In this document: piece by piece, positions 46,241 to 61,400 of the stretch
How positions within the stretch are numbered: the stretch's first letter is position 1
Layout: every line of letters begins with the position of its first letter
Source: Kofleriaceae bacterium
GTDB lineage: Bacteria > Myxococcota_A > Polyangia > Haliangiales > Haliangiaceae
Length of the DNA stretch: 64,000 nt
NCBI GenBank assembly: GCA_046597055.1
Contig: JBKJLC010000178.1
Location: 1-64,000 of the forward strand
Direction: 5' to 3'
Position numbers and translations under genes: made by a program
The notes under the pieces: generated by a model
What the model saw: the letters and a program-made list of their open reading frames with translations, nothing else
The model's database searches: none
Told to the model about the DNA's origin: nothing

Positions 46241-46576
46241 TCAGGCGCTCCTCGTCGGCGCGCCGGCCGGTTCGGCCACCGCCTCGTCGAGCGCGCGCAG
46301 CGCGGCGTCGAACTGCCGGGTCGCCTTGCCGACCGCGGCCGCCACCGTGATCTCGAACAGGCCGTCGTCGTCGAGCCCGGCCTTGCGGACGTCGGTGACC
46401 ATGGCGTCGTGCACCTTGTACGCCGCCGTCTGCACGGTGGCGACGTACTCGGCGATCGCGCCGGATGCGCCCTGACCGTCGTACGCGCGCCGGCGGGTGT
46501 CGCGATCGAGCACGCCGTCGCGGTCGAGAATCGCCGCGCCGATCGCAGCGCGGATGGATGCGTAGCGGTCCCCCAT
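46241..46576 (-). CDS. Small Cys-free CMD/AhpD-like helical protein
   Basis: AYKVHDAMVTDVRKAGLDDDGLFEITVAAA resembles the C-terminal half of AhpD-like proteins; abuts the downstream gene. Confidence 0.7.
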   Translation of the reverse strand: MGDRYASIRAAIGAAILDRDGVLDRDTRRRAYDGQGASGAIAEYVATVQTAAYKVHDAMVTDVRKAGLDDDGLFEITVAAAVGKATRQFDAALRALDEAVAEPAGAPTRSA

Positions 46577-46622
46577 CGCGCAAGGATGCCACAGGCGCGG
46601 CCCGCGCGGATCCCCGGCGTCG

Positions 46623-48206
46623 TCAGCGCGACTGCCGCGCGATGCTCTCGTGCGCGAGCTTCCGCACGAAGACCTCGATGTTCTTCTTCAGCGCTGGATT
46701 CTCGCAGTGCGGCAAGGCGCGCCGCCAGATCTCGACCGCGCGCGCGACGTGCCCCTTCTTGTAATAGAGGTACGCGAGCCGGGTCATCGCCGGGAAGTAG
46801 CGCGGCTCGAGCTCGACCACCGTCTCGTACTCGTCGATCGCCTCCTCGAGACGCTGGCTCTTCTGCAGCAGGTTGGCCAGCGCGAACCGGATCTTGATCG
46901 CGGTCGGATCCTGGGCGACCCCGTCGCGCAGGAGCCGGATCGCGCCATCGACGTCGCCGGCCTGGTAGCGCTCGATCGCCCGCGCGAAGCCATCGTCGGT
47001 GCGCGGGCGCGCCCGCCGTCGGCCCAGCAGCTCGCGCACGATCCGCAGGAGCCGCGCGGTGTCGAGCGGCTTGGCCGCGTAGCCGTCGGCGCCGTAGCGC
47101 TCGAGCACCTCGGCGGTGACCCGCCCCGAGTCGATCACCGCCGACATCAAGATGACGCCGACGCCGTCGAGCCGCGGGGTCCGCTTGATCGCGCGGCACA
47201 GCCGGAAGCCGTCGACCCCGGGCAGCAAGATGTCGGCGATCACCACGTCGGGCGCCATGTCGCGCAGGACCGAGATCGCGTCGGTGCCCGAGGCCGCGGT
47301 CGCGACCTCGTAGCCGCGCGGCTCGATCTCCTTCACCAGCAGGTGGCGGGTCGCGAAGTCGTCGTCGACGATCAGCAGCCGCGGCAGGCCGCCGGTGGCG
47401 GGCACCGGCCCGCGCTCGAGCAGACGCGACAGCTCGGCGACGTCGTCCTCGGGCGGCGCCACCTCCGGCGCGGTGTCGCGCCCGGGTGACGCGCCGGCCC
47501 CGGTCACCGGCCACAGCGGGTCGCCGCCCTCGCCGATCGACGGCGCGCGCGGCGCCAGGAACGCCCCCGGGCTCGGCAGCTCGTCCTCGGCCGTCTCGAG
47601 GAACAGGTCGTCGACCTTGATCTCCTTGGTGACGTCCTCGATGACCGCCTGCTGGGCGCGGGCGCCGAGCTCGCCCTCGTCGAACGTGTCGTCGGGCGTC
47701 ACCAGCGCGACCCGCGGATGGCGAGTGGGCCCGTCGGCCGCGGCCTCGGGGCCGACCCAGCGCGCGTCGCCCCGTCCGCGCGCCGCGATCACGCCGCGGA
47801 TCGTGCGCGCGACCGTCACCGCCAGCGCGACACACATCGTGACGTGCAGGCCACGTCGCGAGAACAGCGCCTCGGCGTGGCTGGCGACCTCGAGCGGCCG
47901 CGCCGCCGCCACGTACACCGTCCCGCCCTCGGCGCAGACCGGCAGCATCTGCATGCGGCGCAGCAGGTCAGGCGAGATCCCGTCGATCAGGCCGGCGTCG
48001 ATCACGCACTCGTCGAGCACGACCGCGGGCCGGCCGAACGCGACGGTCAGCGCCTCGGCCAGCGTCCGCTCGTTGGCGTAGCCGAGCATGTAACAGACCG
48101 ACGCGATCGGTAGCCGCTCCGACTGGCGCGCCAGCACGTCGGCCAGCGAGCTCGCGTCGTCCAGCACCCCCATGTCGAGGAGGAGCTTCCCGAGGAGCGC
48201 GGCCAC
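46623..48206 (-). CDS. Response regulator with N-terminal MshEN/T2SSE-N-like domain and C-terminal TPR
   Basis: LLGKLLLDMGVL N-terminus; REC LIVDDD...ADILLP...MSA...KP; TPR helices. Confidence 0.8.
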   Translation of the reverse strand: MAALLGKLLLDMGVLDDASSLADVLARQSERLPIASVCYMLGYANERTLAEALTVAFGRPAVVLDECVIDAGLIDGISPDLLRRMQMLPVCAEGGTVYVAAARPLEVASHAEALFSRRGLHVTMCVALAVTVARTIRGVIAARGRGDARWVGPEAAADGPTRHPRVALVTPDDTFDEGELGARAQQAVIEDVTKEIKVDDLFLETAEDELPSPGAFLAPRAPSIGEGGDPLWPVTGAGASPGRDTAPEVAPPEDDVAELSRLLERGPVPATGGLPRLLIVDDDFATRHLLVKEIEPRGYEVATAASGTDAISVLRDMAPDVVIADILLPGVDGFRLCRAIKRTPRLDGVGVILMSAVIDSGRVTAEVLERYGADGYAAKPLDTARLLRIVRELLGRRRARPRTDDGFARAIERYQAGDVDGAIRLLRDGVAQDPTAIKIRFALANLLQKSQRLEEAIDEYETVVELEPRYFPAMTRLAYLYYKKGHVARAVEIWRRALPHCENPALKKNIEVFVRKLAHESIARQSR

Positions 48207-48619
48207 GGTCCGAAGCTAACACACCGCACCTGAGGCGCCGGGCACGTGCTCGGCGCCGGTTCGGCTCCATGAGTGGATCGGCGGGCTCGATAAGGTCCCA
48301 GAATCACGCCGGTTTTTCCGGTCCCGGTGACGACTCGAGCAGCCAGTCAAAACGCCACACGGCAGCGTCGCAGCCGGGCTGGCTGCAACGCGCCAGATCT
48401 GCTGTGCTATCCTGGCAAAATCCAATCTCGCTGCACGCTCTCGCCGCGCCACGCTGTCACAGCGGCCCTCGGCAGACGCAGGCGCAAGACGGACGCAACT
48501 GCGCGCAGGTTCTGAACCAATACTCGTCCTCTACGCGCAGCGTCACGCGGCACCACCCTTGCTTGATCAAATGCGATCGCGGAGACGAGATCCGCACCGC
48601 CACTGGAGTGACCTACGAC

Positions 48620-49105
48620 ATGAGCGAATTCAAGATCGGCGACAAGGCTGTGTACCCCGCGCATGGCGTCGTCGAGGTGCAGGGGGTTGATACCAAGGAG
48701 ATCAACGGCTCCACGTGTGCTTTCTACGTGCTCCGCGTCCTCGAGAACCAGATGCAGATCATGGTTCCGAAGGCCAAGGCGGAGCAGGTCGGCCTTCGCG
48801 CCGTCGTGTCGATGCAGGAGGCCACCGAGGTGTTCGACGTGCTGCGCGATCAGGATGTCCACATCGACAAGCAGACCTGGAACCGCCGCTATCGCGGTTT
48901 CATGGAGAAGATCAAGACCGGCTCGCTCTTCGATGTCGCCGAGGTCTATCGCGACCTGTTCCGGCTCAAGAGCACCAAGAGCCTGTCGTTCGGCGAGCGC
49001 CGCATGCTCGAGACCGCCCGGATGCTGATGGTGAAGGAGCTCGCGGTGGCCCGACGCTGGACCGAGGCGAAGGTCGAGCAGGAGCTCGAGAAGGCCTGCG
49101 GCTAA
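48620..49105 (+). CDS. cdnL: CarD/CdnL-family RNA polymerase-binding protein
   Basis: FKIGDKAVYPAHGV, WNRRYR and LSFGERRML motifs; no HMGA-like tail. Confidence 0.88.
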   Translation: MSEFKIGDKAVYPAHGVVEVQGVDTKEINGSTCAFYVLRVLENQMQIMVPKAKAEQVGLRAVVSMQEATEVFDVLRDQDVHIDKQTWNRRYRGFMEKIKTGSLFDVAEVYRDLFRLKSTKSLSFGERRMLETARMLMVKELAVARRWTEAKVEQELEKACG

Positions 49106-49227
49106 ATGACGCCGGGCGCCCGTGCCGCGCCCGCGTACTCGGTGACGTGCGGATAGTCCGAGAACCGGACAGCTGCACGTCGGGTTCTTGAAACCCTGAA
49201 TCGGCGCGTGCTAGCGTGGCCGCGCGC

Positions 49228-49737
49228 ATGCAGGTTCACGTCGCCCGGGCCGAGCTCACAACCCTCCCGGTGGATGCCATCGTCAACCCGGCGAATTCGC
49301 TGGGAATCATGGGCGGTGGCACCTGCGGCCTCCTCCGTCGCGCCGGGGGCGACGTCATCCAGCAAGAGGCGATGGCAGCCGCCCCCATCGCGGTGGGTGC
49401 CGCGATCGTGACCGGCGCCGGCTCGCTGCCGTGTCGATTCGTGATCCACGCGCCGACGATGGAAGAGCCCGGGATGAAGATCCCGGCCGAGAACGTCCGC
49501 CGCGCCGCCCGCGCCGCGCTGATCGCGGCCGACGTCAAGCAGTTCAAGGTGATCGCGTTTCCCGGCATGGGCACCGACCTCGGTGACGTTCCCCTCGACG
49601 AGGCCGCCCGCGCCATCGTCGAGGAGATCCGCGCGCACAAGCGCGCCTGCCCCGAGACCGTCTACCTGGTCGACCCGTCCCCGGACATGGTCGACGCGTT
49701 CGAGGAAGCGCTGCGCAACGCCGTGCAGAACCTCTGA
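49228..49737 (+). CDS. Macro domain (ADP-ribose-binding) protein
   Basis: DAIVNPAN...MGGG, VIHAP and AFPGMGT motifs. Confidence 0.9.
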   Translation: MQVHVARAELTTLPVDAIVNPANSLGIMGGGTCGLLRRAGGDVIQQEAMAAAPIAVGAAIVTGAGSLPCRFVIHAPTMEEPGMKIPAENVRRAARAALIAADVKQFKVIAFPGMGTDLGDVPLDEAARAIVEEIRAHKRACPETVYLVDPSPDMVDAFEEALRNAVQNL

Positions 49738-49755
49738 AACGCCCGGCTCGGCCGG

Positions 49756-49783
49756 TTGACGGCTCGAGTCGGACATCTATACT
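49756..49783 (+). promoter_or_regulatory. Sigma70-type promoter of the nuo cluster
   Basis: TTGACG-16 nt-TATACT. Confidence 0.7.
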
Positions 49784-49792
49784 CGCCCCGCT

Positions 49793-50176
49793 TTGCAGCT
49801 CCAGGCCTATCTGCCAGCCGGGCTGGCCATCCTTTGTACCCTCCTGTTTTGTGGGCTGTTCGTGGCCCTCGCGGTGTTCGTCGGCCCGAAGTCGGTGAAC
49901 CCCGAAAAACTCAAGCCGTTCGAGTGCGGCTCCGAACCAATCGGGAGCCCCCGCGGTCGCTACTCCGTGAAGTTCTACCAGGTCGCGATCCTCTTCCTGG
50001 TGTTCGACATCGAGGCGGCGTTCATGTACCCGTGGGCCCAGCTGTATGCCAAGCTTTCGCTCACACCGGCCGGGACGGTGAGCATCTTCGGCTTCGTCGA
50101 GATGCTCATGTTCGTCGCGATCCTTGTGGTCGCCCTGACCTACGTGTGGCGCAAGAAGGCCATCGGTTGGGACTGA
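49793..50176 (+). CDS. nuoA: NADH-quinone oxidoreductase subunit A
   Basis: PFECG and FLVFDIE motifs; three TMs. Confidence 0.95.
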   Translation: MQLQAYLPAGLAILCTLLFCGLFVALAVFVGPKSVNPEKLKPFECGSEPIGSPRGRYSVKFYQVAILFLVFDIEAAFMYPWAQLYAKLSLTPAGTVSIFGFVEMLMFVAILVVALTYVWRKKAIGWD

Positions 50177-50210
50177 GTCCCCGCCGACGACAAACCCCCG
50201 GAGTACCACC

Positions 50211-50720
<510 letters not shown>

Positions 50721-50722
50721 GC

Positions 50723-51277
<555 letters not shown>

Positions 51278-51310
51278 GCGCCGCCCCCGAGCGACGGAAA
51301 AGAGTCAGAC

Positions 51311-52552
<1,242 letters not shown>

Positions 52553-52559
52553 GGCTGTC

Positions 52560-54206
<1,647 letters not shown>

Positions 54207-54224
54207 GCGAACCGAGCCAATACG

Positions 54225-55439
<1,215 letters not shown>

Positions 55440-55461
55440 CCGCGGGGACGGAGTAAGGACG

Positions 55462-56157
55462 ATGGCGACTACCCACGGTCACGCTCACGGGGATCATGAC
55501 GACGCCCACGCGTCCGCAGGGCCCAAGGTCCTCGCGGTCTCCAAGGTGAGCCCTCGGGTCCGGACGATCGCGGTCAAGCGTCCGACCGCCGAGGACGCGA
55601 CCTACCTGGAGGCCACCCGCACCGGCCTCGGCATCACGCTAAAGCACTTCATGAAGAACCTGTTCGGTCGCCGCCGGTCGGTGGCGGCGCTGAACAGCGG
55701 TGGCGCGACCACGGGGCCGTTCCACAACGAGATCGAGACGATCCAGTATCCGGAAGAGAAGGTCGTCTATCCGGAGCGGTTCCGCGGCCTGCATCGCCTG
55801 ATGCAGCGCGACGACGGCACCGTGCGCTGCGTCGCGTGCATGTGCTGCCCGACCGTGTGCCCGGCCAACTGCATCACGATCATCCCCGAGGACGCGGGCG
55901 ACGGCACCGTCGAGAAGCGCCCGGCGGTGTTCGAGATCGACGAGCTGCGGTGCGTGGTCTGTGGGCTCTGCGTCGAGGCGTGTCCGTGCGATGCGATCCG
56001 CATGGACTCCGGAGTCCACGCAGCGCCGGTCGAGTCGCGCGGCGAGGCGATCATGACGAAGGATCTGATGCTGGGCCTGTCGAAGAAGGTCGGGAAGAAC
56101 CCGACGTCGACGGCAACGCAGGGCGGTGAAGGTCCCGACTGGCACGACCCGCACTGA
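55462..56157 (+). CDS. nuoI: NADH-quinone oxidoreductase subunit I
   Basis: TIQYPEE, RFRG and two 4Fe-4S motifs CVACMCCPTVCP / CVVCGLCVEACP. Confidence 0.93.
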   Translation: MATTHGHAHGDHDDAHASAGPKVLAVSKVSPRVRTIAVKRPTAEDATYLEATRTGLGITLKHFMKNLFGRRRSVAALNSGGATTGPFHNEIETIQYPEEKVVYPERFRGLHRLMQRDDGTVRCVACMCCPTVCPANCITIIPEDAGDGTVEKRPAVFEIDELRCVVCGLCVEACPCDAIRMDSGVHAAPVESRGEAIMTKDLMLGLSKKVGKNPTSTATQGGEGPDWHDPH

Positions 56158-56278
56158 CGTCGCGCGTGGCGCGCGCATCGCGCGCTACACAACATCGTGC
56201 GGTCGACGCCGCGATCACGCACTTGGCGAGCCCGTCGGTGTCGTCGAGGACCTAACGCGCGCGCGTGAAGATTTTCGG

Positions 56279-56307
56279 TTGACGCTCGTGAACGAGGTGG
56301 CTAGGGT
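56279..56307 (+). promoter_or_regulatory. Sigma70-type promoter for the 6S-like RNA
   Basis: TTGACG-17 nt-TAGGGT. Confidence 0.65.
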
Positions 56308-56313
56308 TGATTC

Positions 56314-56493
56314 GAGTCCGGCGGTTCGATTCGATCAACGCGGCCCATTCTGTCTCTTACTCCGTCTATCCAGGGATCTGCCTCTGTCTCGGGAGTGCAT
56401 GCCCGCACGTCGGGAAGCCCGATGAGGTACGTGGAGCCCACCTACCGCGAAGGTAGGGGATAGATAAGCCGTACGGTCGAGCCTGTCGGTCTC
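56314..56493 (+). ncRNA. ssrS: 6S RNA-like (SsrS)
   Basis: ~180-nt long hairpin: GTCTATCC/GGATAGAT closing stem, central bubble, GGGAG...GCCCACCT and a 3' bubble hairpin CCTACC-GCGAA-GGTAGG. Confidence 0.72.
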
Positions 56494-56502
56494 ATCTTTT
56501 TA

Positions 56503-56537
56503 TGCGGGGGAGCCTTGGTGCTCCCCCGCAGCATTTT
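56503..56537 (+). terminator. Rho-independent terminator
   Basis: TGCGGGGGAGC-CTTGGT-GCTCCCCCGCA followed by GCATTTT. Confidence 0.8.
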
Positions 56538-56587
56538 CGGTACATCAGCACACGTTGGCGTCGGCGATCGCCCTGCTATCACGTTGT

Positions 56588-57985
56588 ATGGCTGAGCTGG
56601 TCTCACAGGTGCTGCTGGTCGTCACGGGTCTCACGCTGACCACCGGCGCGGTTGCCGCCGCGCCGGAGGTGTCCGACGTCGAGGAGCTGGTGCAGCCGGC
56701 GGCGCCCACCGCCGCCAGCTACCAGGACGACCAGGTGGTGAAGCGCAGCTATCTGATCCCGGCGATCGAGCTGGTCGTGTTCAACATCGGCGCAAACGCG
56801 GCGTCGCGGGTCGCGGGCATGGAGTGGGCGAACACGACCCCCGACACGATGTGGCGCAACCTGACGCACAAGTGGGTCTACGACAGCGACCTGTTCTCGG
56901 TGAACCAGCTCGCGCATCCCTACGGCGGCGCGATGTTGTACTCGGCGGCGCGCTCCAGCGGCCACGGCTTCTGGGTCTCGTCGGCCTACGGCTTCGTCGG
57001 CAGTCTCATATGGGAGACGTTCATGGAGTCGGAGCCGCCGTCGATCAACGATCAGATCACGACGTCGATCGCCGGCGCGTTCATGGGCGAGGCCTTGCAC
57101 CGGTGGGGTCGCGCGGTGCGCGGGAGCAGCCCGCACCCGAGCCTCGGCCGCGAGATCTTGTCCGCGGTGATCGATCCGGCCGGCGCCGCCAACCGGGGCG
57201 TGTTCGGCGACAGCTGGCGGAAGGTCCCGCCGCCGCGGCTGCACGCGTTCATGGCGGCCGGCTACAACGCGCCGCTCGATGACACCTCGAGCGGCCCCTT
57301 CCATGCCGAGCTAGCGGTCAGCCACGGCCTGCCCTCGGATCCGCTGTTCGTGCCGCGGGTACCGTTTCACCACTTCGACCTTCGCGGCCAGCTCAACGCG
57401 GGGACCGACGGGGCCACCGGCTACCTCGACGTGCGCGGCATGATGCTGGGCACCACGGCGGGCGCGGACCGTCGACGCGCGCTGTGGGGCGTGTTCGGCA
57501 CCTACAGCTACTGGGACGCCGAGGGCGTGCGCGCCGGCGCGATCGGCGTCGGGCCCGGCATCGTGCTGCACCAGGCGATCGGCGCGCGCAGCTTCCTCGA
57601 TGCTTCGGCCGTGGTGGCGCTGGTGCCCTGGGGCGCGGCGGGCGGCACCGGCGACGTCGAGGGCAGGCGCGATTATCACCACGGCCCCGGCGGCTCCGAG
57701 ATCCTCGAGGTGAAGCTCGGCCGCCGCGGCCTCGGCGTGGTCCGCCTCAGCGCCCGCGCGATCGAGATCAACGGCCGGCTCCGCGGTGACGCCAGCGAGA
57801 ACGTGATCGTGACGTCGGCCGGCGTGATGGCAGCGCTGGCGGAGCACCACGCGGTCGGGTTCGACATCGTGTACTCGGCGCGGCACGCGAACTTCGAGGA
57901 CGCGGCGATGACCGCGACCGACCAGGCGGCGCAGGTCCGCGTCATGTACGCGGTGACGTCCGACAGCAGCTTCGGCGGCCGCTGA
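56588..57985 (+). CDS. DUF3943-like exported/outer-membrane protein
   Basis: Signal peptide; DSDLFSVNQLAHPYGG, GSLIWE and PSINDQITT motifs; beta-rich C-terminus. Confidence 0.75.
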   Translation: MAELVSQVLLVVTGLTLTTGAVAAAPEVSDVEELVQPAAPTAASYQDDQVVKRSYLIPAIELVVFNIGANAASRVAGMEWANTTPDTMWRNLTHKWVYDSDLFSVNQLAHPYGGAMLYSAARSSGHGFWVSSAYGFVGSLIWETFMESEPPSINDQITTSIAGAFMGEALHRWGRAVRGSSPHPSLGREILSAVIDPAGAANRGVFGDSWRKVPPPRLHAFMAAGYNAPLDDTSSGPFHAELAVSHGLPSDPLFVPRVPFHHFDLRGQLNAGTDGATGYLDVRGMMLGTTAGADRRRALWGVFGTYSYWDAEGVRAGAIGVGPGIVLHQAIGARSFLDASAVVALVPWGAAGGTGDVEGRRDYHHGPGGSEILEVKLGRRGLGVVRLSARAIEINGRLRGDASENVIVTSAGVMAALAEHHAVGFDIVYSARHANFEDAAMTATDQAAQVRVMYAVTSDSSFGGR

Positions 57986-58040
57986 TCCGCGGCCCGGCAC
58001 CCGCGCACCGGCCGTCCGGTCGCGGACCGCGTCTCCCTCT

Positions 58041-58262
58041 CCCGGCGTCCCTGAGCGAAGGGCTCGTTGCGAGCCCGAATTCGAAGGGCCAGCCCGTCGA
58101 GGACGCCTGCTCACAACCTGGGCGGCTGCCAGGCAGAGCGCCAAGGTGCCGCACGCGATCTTCGACGGGCTGCCCTTCGACGGCGGGCTCGCGTGCGCTC
58201 GCCCTGGCTCGGGGACACCGGGGGGGGACGTGCGGGATCCTGAGGGGCTGCCCTTCGACTTC
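58041..58262. repeat. Cluster of REP-like elements in inverted arrangement
   Basis: Forward copy 58041-58105, inverted copy 58158-58222, partial inverted copy 58236-58262. Confidence 0.75.
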
Positions 58263-58420
58263 GCGCGGGCTCGCCCGGGCTGACCGGTGTACGGCAAGCA
58301 AGGGGGCTTACATCTCTCACATTCAGCCGAATGCGGAATGCCAGACACACATGTGGATGGCGATCTGATACAAGCCGGCTCCTTCGTACTTCCGCATACG
58401 GTTTCAGGAGCCCCTCTCAC

Positions 58421-61400
58421 ATGTCCCGCCCCCCTCTGCGTTCTGTCTTCCGCTCGATTCCTGCCCTCCTCCTCGTCGGTGTCACCACCCTCTCCGGGTG
58501 CCTCACCGATCCCGATGACGCCGAGCTCGCCACCAGCGAGCAAGCGCTCACGACGACCCAGCTGTTTGCCTCGACCGCGCTGGTCAAGGGCGCCAGCAAG
58601 CCCGGCACCTACACGGCGGTCGAGACCGGCACGCTGACCTTCAAGACCGCCGGCACCGGCGACGCCGACCTCTACGTCAAGCGCGGCACCGGCGCGAGCA
58701 CGACCTCGTTCACCTGCAAGTCGGACGGCGCGACCGCGGTCGAGCAGTGCGTCATCACCGTCACCGTCGGCGAGCAGATCTCGTACAGCGTCCACGCGTA
58801 CGCCGCGAGCACCGTGAGCCTCACGGTCATCAGCGAGGGCACCGCGGTCCCGCCCGACACCACGACCACCACGGTCCTGGTCCCGTCGGGCGCGCTGGCC
58901 GCCACCTCGCGCAAGACCGGCATCTTCACCGCGCCGGCCGCCGGCGAGCTGGTGTTCAGCGCGACCGGCAACGGCGACGTCGACCTCTACGTCAAGCGCG
59001 GCAGCGTGGTCACCACGACCAGCAGCGACTGCAAGTCCGAGGGCAGCACGGCGGTCGAGACCTGCCGGGTCACCGTCACCGCCGGCCAGCAGGTCGCGTG
59101 GCTCCTGTACGCGTACTCGGCGTCGACCGCGACGCTGTCGGTCACCGCGCCCCGGAGCGCCACCACGGTCCCGCCGGTCACGACCGTGCTCATTCCGTCG
59201 GGCGCGTTCACCCAGGGTCAGCAGAAGACCGGCGTCCACACCGTGGTCGCCGCCGGCTCGATCGTCTTCAAGTCGACCGGCACCGGCGACGTCGACCTCT
59301 ACGTCCGCCGCGGCTCGGCGCCGACCACCACCGTCGCCGACTGCAAGTCGGAGTCCGGCACGTCGACCGAGACCTGCACGCTGACCGCGGTCGCCGGCGA
59401 GCGGCTCCACTACCTCCTCCACGGCTACGCGACCTCGACCGCCACCTTGTCGGTGACCGGGCCCGGCGCGTCCACCCCCGACGGCCTGGTCACCCTGTCG
59501 ACCCCGACCATGCCGACGGTCGCCGCCTACGACCAGTTCTCGGTCCCCGGCGGCACCCTCTCGACCTCGGGCCGGTCGCTCAAGTTCCTGATCGACAACC
59601 GGACCCCGGCCGCCCGCACCACGCAGTTCATGAACGGCAACTACCGGGTGAACGGCGTGGTGCCGGATTACGCGAAGTACCACTTCGACTTCGCGAAGCG
59701 CGTCCACGGGATCACCGACACCGGCGCGACCTTCAACCAGACCACCTACTTCAGCCAGACCAAGCGCTTCTTCGCCGGCACCCTCCAGACCTACTACCTG
59801 GGCGAGGCGACCACCCCGGTCTACGCCGTGCAGTTCTACCCCGACGACGTGATCGCCGAGGAGACCCTGCTCGACGCGCTGACCACGATCAAGCCACTGG
59901 TCACCATCCCCGGCGCCAAGCTGGTGTTCATCGCCACCGGCCCCCAGCAGACCTTCGCGCGCATCGGCACCCAGGCCGCCGCGCTCGGCATCGACCTCTT
60001 CACGATCGACCAGGTCCTCGGCAACATCAAGTACGTCGGCCTCAACACCGGCGAGGCGTGGGGCTACCTGCGCATCTTCCCGGCTGACCCGTCGCTGCTG
60101 CGCGCGACCGACATCCCCGTGTTCGACGAGCTGCCGCTCGATCTGACCGTGGTCGCCGGCGTCATGACCCGCGCCTATCAGGACATCAACTCGCACATCA
60201 ACCTGAAGTCCAAGGAGCGCGGCACGCCGAACATGGTCCTGCGCGACGCCAGCCTGACCCACCCGCGCCTGGCGCCGTGGGCGAACCTGCCGATCCACCT
60301 GACCATCACCAGCGAGGGCTTCACGATCGAGGCGACCACCGACGCGGTGGTCGCGGCCAAGCTGGCCGAGCGCCTGAACAAGCCGTGGATCCCGCTGCCG
60401 GTGGTCGACGAGACCCGGCTGCTCAGCTTCGACGACATCTGCCCGACCCTGAACACGTCGTGCCTGGCGTGGAGTGACCGCCTCGGCGGCAAGTCGACTG
60501 GCCTGTCGTTCCTGGCCAACCGCCAGGCGGTCGGTCGGGTCGGCCTGGTCGGCTCGCTGAGCGCCCGCTTCGGCTATGACATCTCGCCGAAGGGCTTCGC
60601 GATCCCGGTGAAGTACTACCGCGACTTCGTGAACGCGCCCGAGAACGCGCTGCTCAAGTCCAAGATCGATGCGTTCGTGGTCGCGGAGAAGAGCGGCGCC
60701 CTGTCGCCGGCCGACCGCAACGCGCTCGTCCTCGAGATCCAGAACCTCTTCTACAAGGGCCGGATGTCGGCGACCGCGCTGGCCGACATCTCGAGCCGAG
60801 TCACCACGCTCATGCCAGGCGTCCCCAAGTTCAAGTTCCGCTCGAGCGCGACCTCCGAGGACATCGAGAACTTCAATGGCGCCGGCCTCTACGACAGCTT
60901 CTCGATGGAGCTGGAGAAGGTCGACAACCCCGACTTCTCGTGTGCGCTCAACCCCGAGTTCACCAACGGCGTCCTCACGAACCTCAAGATCAAGCCGAAG
61001 ACGGTGCAGTGCGCGGTCAAGGCCGTGTACGCCAGCCTGTGGAACCCGCGCGCGGTCGACGAGCGCACGTTCGCCCGCCTCGACCACGCGACCGCCGGCA
61101 TGGGCATCGCGGTCAACCCCTCCTACGACACCGAGGACGTGGTCGCGGCCAACGCGGTGCTGATCACCCGCGTGGTCGGCAGCGACATCTACGGCTACAC
61201 GCTGTCGGTGCAGAAGGATAACAACCTGGTCACCAACCCGACGCCCGGCTCGATCTCCGAGCTCGACGTGGTCGCCTTCTCCGACTTCACCCGCCCGCCG
61301 CGGTTCACCACGACCCGCTACGCCAAGCCGCTCGCCGAGCTGCCCACCCTGACCACGACGGTCCTGACCGAGCGGCAGATGATCGACCTCGTCGACATCG

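Noticed and set aside
49228..49737. Macro-domain gene as part of a toxin-antitoxin or defence system
   Set aside because: No ADP-ribosyltransferase, sirtuin or other defence gene is adjacent; it sits among housekeeping genes
56126..56425. 99-aa ORF after nuoI
   Set aside because: Atypical codon usage; it overlaps the promoter and body of the 6S-like RNA
58560..59460. Three ~300-bp direct repeats as a mobile element
   Set aside because: They are in-frame PPC domain repeats of one protein
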